Below, one piece after another: positions 60,172-64,000 of a stretch of DNA of 64,000 nt. The notes under the pieces are model-generated. The model was not told where the DNA came from and did no database searches. It saw only the letters and a program-made list of their open reading frames with translations. Position 1 is the first letter of the stretch. Each line of letters starts with the position of its first letter. Source of the DNA: an uncultured Candidatus Rokubacteria bacterium. Its GTDB lineage: Bacteria; Methylomirabilota; Methylomirabilia; Rokubacteriales; CSP1-6. Where the stretch lies: NCBI GenBank assembly GCA_963747235.1, contig CAVVEU010000040.1, positions 64,001 through 128,000 of the forward strand. The letters are read 5' to 3'. A program made the translations under genes and the position numbers.

Positions 60172-61041
60172 GCGGCGGTCTTCCCGAAGAGCCCGGCCGG
60201 CCGGAACAGCAGGATCACGATGAGCAGCGAGAAGCTCACCAGCTCCTTCATGGACGGGCTCAGGAACACCGCGCCGAGCGACTCGGCCACCGAGACCAGC
60301 AGGCCGCCCAGGAACGCGCCGGGCAGGCTGCCCATGCCCGCCGATGATCACGATGTTGAACGAGGCCACCGACAGCGAGAGCCCGCCCGCGGGCTGGAAG
60401 GGCAGGATCGGCGAGACGAGCGCCCCCGCCGCCCCCACGCACGCGGCCCCGATGCCGAAGGCGGCCGCGTAGACGCGCCGCACGTCGGTGCCGATCACGA
60501 GCGCGCCGTAGGCGTTGTCGGCGGCCGCGCGCATGGTGCGGCCGAGGTCGGTGCGGGTGAGGAAGAGGTAGAGGGCCAGGGTGAGCACCATGGCCAGCGC
60601 GAAGGTCACGAGCCGCGCCACGTCCACGAACACCGGCCCGAGCCAGAAGGTCGCCGCCCGCAGCGGCGAGCGCACCCGCTGGGGATCGGGGCCGAAGGCC
60701 ATCAGCGCCGCGTTCTCGAGCACGAGCGCGACGCCCAGCATCAGCAGGATCTGCATCTCGTGCGGCGCGTCGACGATGCGGTCGACGAGCAGGCGCTGCG
60801 TGACCCAGCCCATCAGGAAGAGGGCGCCCGCGCAGGCGACGAAGCCCACGTAGGGGTCGATCCCCGCCCGCGTGGCGAGGATCCAGGCCAGGTACATGCC
60901 CCAGACCATCATGTCGCCGTGGGCGAAGTTGACGACGCGCATCACCCCGAAGATCAGGGTGAGCCCCACGGCCATGAGGCTGTAGACGCCCCCGAACAGC
61001 AGGCCGCTCAGCAGCCCCTGGGCGACGAGCGCCGGGTCCAG
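60168..61041 (-). CDS. Liv-type ABC permease (LivH), fourth system; frameshift near 60340, start uncertain
   Basis: GLTLIFGVMRVVNFAHG, GRTMRAAADN, RPAGLFG. Confidence 0.9.
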
Positions 61042-61047
61042 GGCCGG

Positions 61048-62329
61048 CTACGCCTTGGGACGCGGGAAGACGAACTTCGAGACGGCGGCCTCCCGGGGCC
61101 AGACCGCGACCGGCTTGCCGGCCAGGATCTGGATCATGGTGGTGACCGCGTTCGGATTGTCGCCGATCTCGTTGAACACCACCGGCCCCGCGTACTGCAT
61201 GAGCCCGCCCGACCAGTTCGACGTCCGGAGCGCCTCCACGATGGCGTCGGGATCGGTGGACTTGGCGCGCTCGAGGACGTCCGCGATCAGCATCATGCCG
61301 TCGTAGGAGTAGCCCGAGTTGGTGTCGAACGTCTTGCCGTTCGACCGCTTCAGGTAGTCCTCGGCGACCGCCTGGGTGCGCGGGTTCTTGAAGTTCGCCC
61401 ACGGCAGGCTGCTCATGACGTAGTCGAGGTCTTCCTTGAGGGTCGCGAGCTGCCCCGCCTCGTAGAGCCCCGGGCTGCCCGGCCCGACGATGCCCATGAT
61501 GTCCAGGCGCTGCTTGCGGATCTCGGGCAGGAGGAGCTGCGCGCTCGCCGGCCGCGTGATCGGCGCGATGATGTCGGGCTTGGCCGACTTGGCGCGCGAG
61601 ACCTCGGTGGAGAGATCCTGGGGCGGCTCCGGCCACGGGATCACGTCCACGATGTCCCACGAGGGCTTGGCCGCCGCGTGCGCGGCCTGGAAGCCCTTGG
61701 CGTTGTTCTGGCCGAAGAGGTCGTTGCAGTACATCAGCACCACCCGCTTGGGCGACACCTTGGCTTCCTGGAAGATCTCGGTGAAGTACTGCACCGCCTT
61801 GCGCCCGAACGACGAGCCGGTCGGGAAGTTGCGGTACACGTACTGCGTCTTCTGCTGGCCGTCCTTCACCGCCTTCGCCACGTTGGCGGTGATCGGGTCG
61901 GCGGCGGCGATGTCCACCAGGAACGGGATCCGGCGCTGCTGGACCACCGGCACCATCGCCGCGGTGGAGCCGGAATCGAAGGAGCCCATCAGCACCTGGG
62001 CGCCCTGGTTGATCACCCGCTCGGCCTCGGTCCGCCCGACGTCGGGCTTCGTCTGCGTGTCGCCCAGGACCAGCTCGAGCTTCATGCCGCCGAGCGACTT
62101 GATGCCGCCCGCCGCGTTGATCGCGTCGGCGGCCATCTGCGCCCCGAGGCGGCAGGCCTGGCCGGGCTCGGCGAGCGGGCCCGGTGATCGGGTGCACCAC
62201 GCCGACCTTGAGCGTCGGGGCCTGCGCGCGCAGCACCGCGGGGAAGCCGAGCGCGGCGGCGCCCGCGGCGGTCCCGGCGGTCTTCAGGAAGGTGCGGCGA
62301 TGCACACGTGGCTGGCGTCGGTCGCTCAT
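61048..62329 (-). CDS. Liv-type ABC substrate-binding protein with Tat signal; frameshift near 62180
   Basis: RRTFLK twin-arginine leader; INAAGGIKSLGG, NDLFG, DLSTEV. Confidence 0.9.
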
Positions 62330-62354
62330 CGATTTATCCCCCGTTGGCCCAGTG

Positions 62355-63506
62355 TCAGGTGTTGCCCAGAAGCTGCTGGGCGATGACCACTCGCTGGATC
62401 TGGTTCGTGCCCTCGTAGATCTGGGTGATCTTGGCGTCGCGCATGAAGCGCTCCACCGGGAATTCCTTCGTGTAGCCGTAGCCGCCGAGGATCTGCACCG
62501 CGTCGGTGGCCGCCTTCATGGCGGTGTCCGAGGCCAGGCACTTGGCCACCGAGGACTCGAGCGCGGCGCCGGTGATCCCGTGGTCGATCAGCGCGGCGGC
62601 GTGGTGGACGACGAGCCGCGAGGCGTGCACCGCGATCGCCATGTCGGCGAGCATGAACTGGATGCCCTGGAAGGCGGCGATGGGCTGATCGAAGGCGCGC
62701 CGCTCCTTGGCGTAGGCCACCGAGGCGTCGAGCGCGGCCTGGGCGATGCCGACCGCCTGCGCGCCGATGGTCGGGCGCGACTGCTCGAGGGTCTTCATCG
62801 CGACCTTGAAGCCCTCCCCTTCCGCGCCGAGGCGGTTCTCCACCGGCACTTCACAGTCGGTGAAGTGCAGCGCCACGGTGGGCGAGCCGTGGATGCCGAG
62901 CTTGCGCTCCGGCTTGCCCACCGTGAAGCCCTTGAGCCCCGGCTCGATCAGGAGCGCCGTCACGCCCGCGGCCCGCTTGCCGGGCTCGGTGGTGACGAAC
63001 ACGGTGATGATGCCCGCGTGCGAGCCGTTGGTCACCCACATCTTGGAGCCGTTGAGCACGTAGCGATCGCCTCGGCGCACCGCTCGGCAGGTCATCGCCG
63101 CCGCGTCGGAGCCCGCGCCGGGCTCGGAGAGGGAGAAGGCCGCGGTCATCTCGCCGGAGGCCAGCTTCGGCAGGTAGCGCCGCTTCTGCTCCTCGCTGCC
63201 CGCGAAGATGATCGGGTAGCCGCCGAGATTCTGGACCAGGAAGATGGTCGCGGTGGAGGCGCACGCCCAGGCCACCTCCTCGGCGGCCAGGCAGAACGCG
63301 AGCGAGCCCGACGCGGTGCCCCCGTAGGCCTCCGGGATGTGGAGCCCCATGAGCCCCTGCTGGCCGAGCAGCTTGAGCTGCTCGTGCGGGTACTCCCCGG
63401 TCTCGTCCACGTGGGCCGCCAGCGGGGCGATGCGCTCGCGCGCGATCTCCCGCGCGAGATCGCGGATGGCCCGCTGGTCGTCGCTCAGGTAGTACAGGTG
63501 GCTCAT
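62355..63506 (-). CDS. Acyl-CoA dehydrogenase
   Basis: [45 protein letters not shown]; intact. Confidence 0.95.
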   Translation of the reverse strand: MSHLYYLSDDQRAIRDLAREIARERIAPLAAHVDETGEYPHEQLKLLGQQGLMGLHIPEAYGGTASGSLAFCLAAEEVAWACASTATIFLVQNLGGYPIIFAGSEEQKRRYLPKLASGEMTAAFSLSEPGAGSDAAAMTCRAVRRGDRYVLNGSKMWVTNGSHAGIITVFVTTEPGKRAAGVTALLIEPGLKGFTVGKPERKLGIHGSPTVALHFTDCEVPVENRLGAEGEGFKVAMKTLEQSRPTIGAQAVGIAQAALDASVAYAKERRAFDQPIAAFQGIQFMLADMAIAVHASRLVVHHAAALIDHGITGAALESSVAKCLASDTAMKAATDAVQILGGYGYTKEFPVERFMRDAKITQIYEGTNQIQRVVIAQQLLGNT

Positions 63507-63551
63507 TTCGAGTAGCGGTAGAACCCCGCGAGCCCGCAGCCCCCCTCCCTC

Positions 63552-64000
63552 TCACTTGTGGCTGTAGTCATAGAAACCCTTTCCCGTCTTGCGACCGAGC
63601 TGCCCGGCCATCACCATGCGCTTCAGCAACGGCGGGGGCGCGTAGCGGGGTTCCCGGTACTCGTCGAACATGACCTCGGCCACGAACATGGTGGTGTCGA
63701 GGCCCACCAGGTCGAGCAGGGTGAAGGGACCCATCGGGTAGCCGCAGCCGAGCTTCATGGCCTGGTCGATGTCCTCCAGCGTGGCCAGCCCGCCCTCGTA
63801 GACCCGGATCGCGTCGAGCAGGTAGGGCACGAGCAGGCGATTCACGATGAAGGCCGTCGAGTCTTTCGCCCGCACCGGCACCTTGCCCACCGCCTGCACC
63901 CACTCGTAGGCCGCGAGCACGCTCTTCTCGTCGGTGAGGATGGTCTGGATGACCTCCACGAGCTTCATGAGCGGCACCGGGTTGAAGAAGTGCAGCCCCA
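63552..64000 (-). CDS. hbd: 3-hydroxybutyryl-CoA dehydrogenase, C-terminal part (runs off right edge)
   Basis: [47 protein letters not shown]. Confidence 0.92.
   Translation of the reverse strand, partial: GLHFFNPVPLMKLVEVIQTILTDEKSVLAAYEWVQAVGKVPVRAKDSTAFIVNRLLVPYLLDAIRVYEGGLATLEDIDQAMKLGCGYPMGPFTLLDLVGLDTTMFVAEVMFDEYREPRYAPPPLLKRMVMAGQLGRKTGKGFYDYSHK

Overview
A very GC-rich (~70% by eye) bacterial chromosomal segment. Its gene content is consistent with Ca. Rokubacteria/Methylomirabilota, which is my inference from the zinc-ribbon/cyclase/STAND ATPase protein, many Liv-type ABC systems, a giant multi-GAF kinase and short GC-rich REP-like hairpins. About 55 genes are present, nearly all on the minus strand. 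Many are broken by single-base indels that look like long-read assembly errors, densest at ~20.7-39.9 kb. Left to right: a degenerate class III cyclase/STAND ATPase, enoyl-CoA hydratase, pyk, uvrA, an MFS transporter and a degenerate sodium:solute symporter-like pair. Then a PIG-L deacetylase, a FAAL-like ligase running into an LLM oxidoreductase, an ECF sigma / Ogt-Ada zinc finger / 2OG-Fe(II) oxygenase operon, transaldolase and PfkB. The centre holds two tandem paralogous acyl-CoA ligase + Liv ABC modules and a third Liv ABC system. The right half holds a branched/short-chain acyl-CoA catabolic cluster (GntR, etfBA, acyl-CoA dehydrogenases, a split B12 mutase with isobutyryl-CoA mutase signature residues, ilvE), trpD, a ~2,400-aa ten-GAF hybrid kinase, a fourth Liv ABC system and a partial 3-hydroxybutyryl-CoA dehydrogenase. 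Best candidates for novelty are: (i) a putative sigma-factor-based adaptive response to alkylation; (ii) a structured RNA starting at the GntR-etf promoter; (iii) recurrent duplicated gene ends at operon junctions; (iv) the degenerate symporter with an inserted soluble domain. I saw no rRNA, tRNA, CRISPR array, transposase or integrase.
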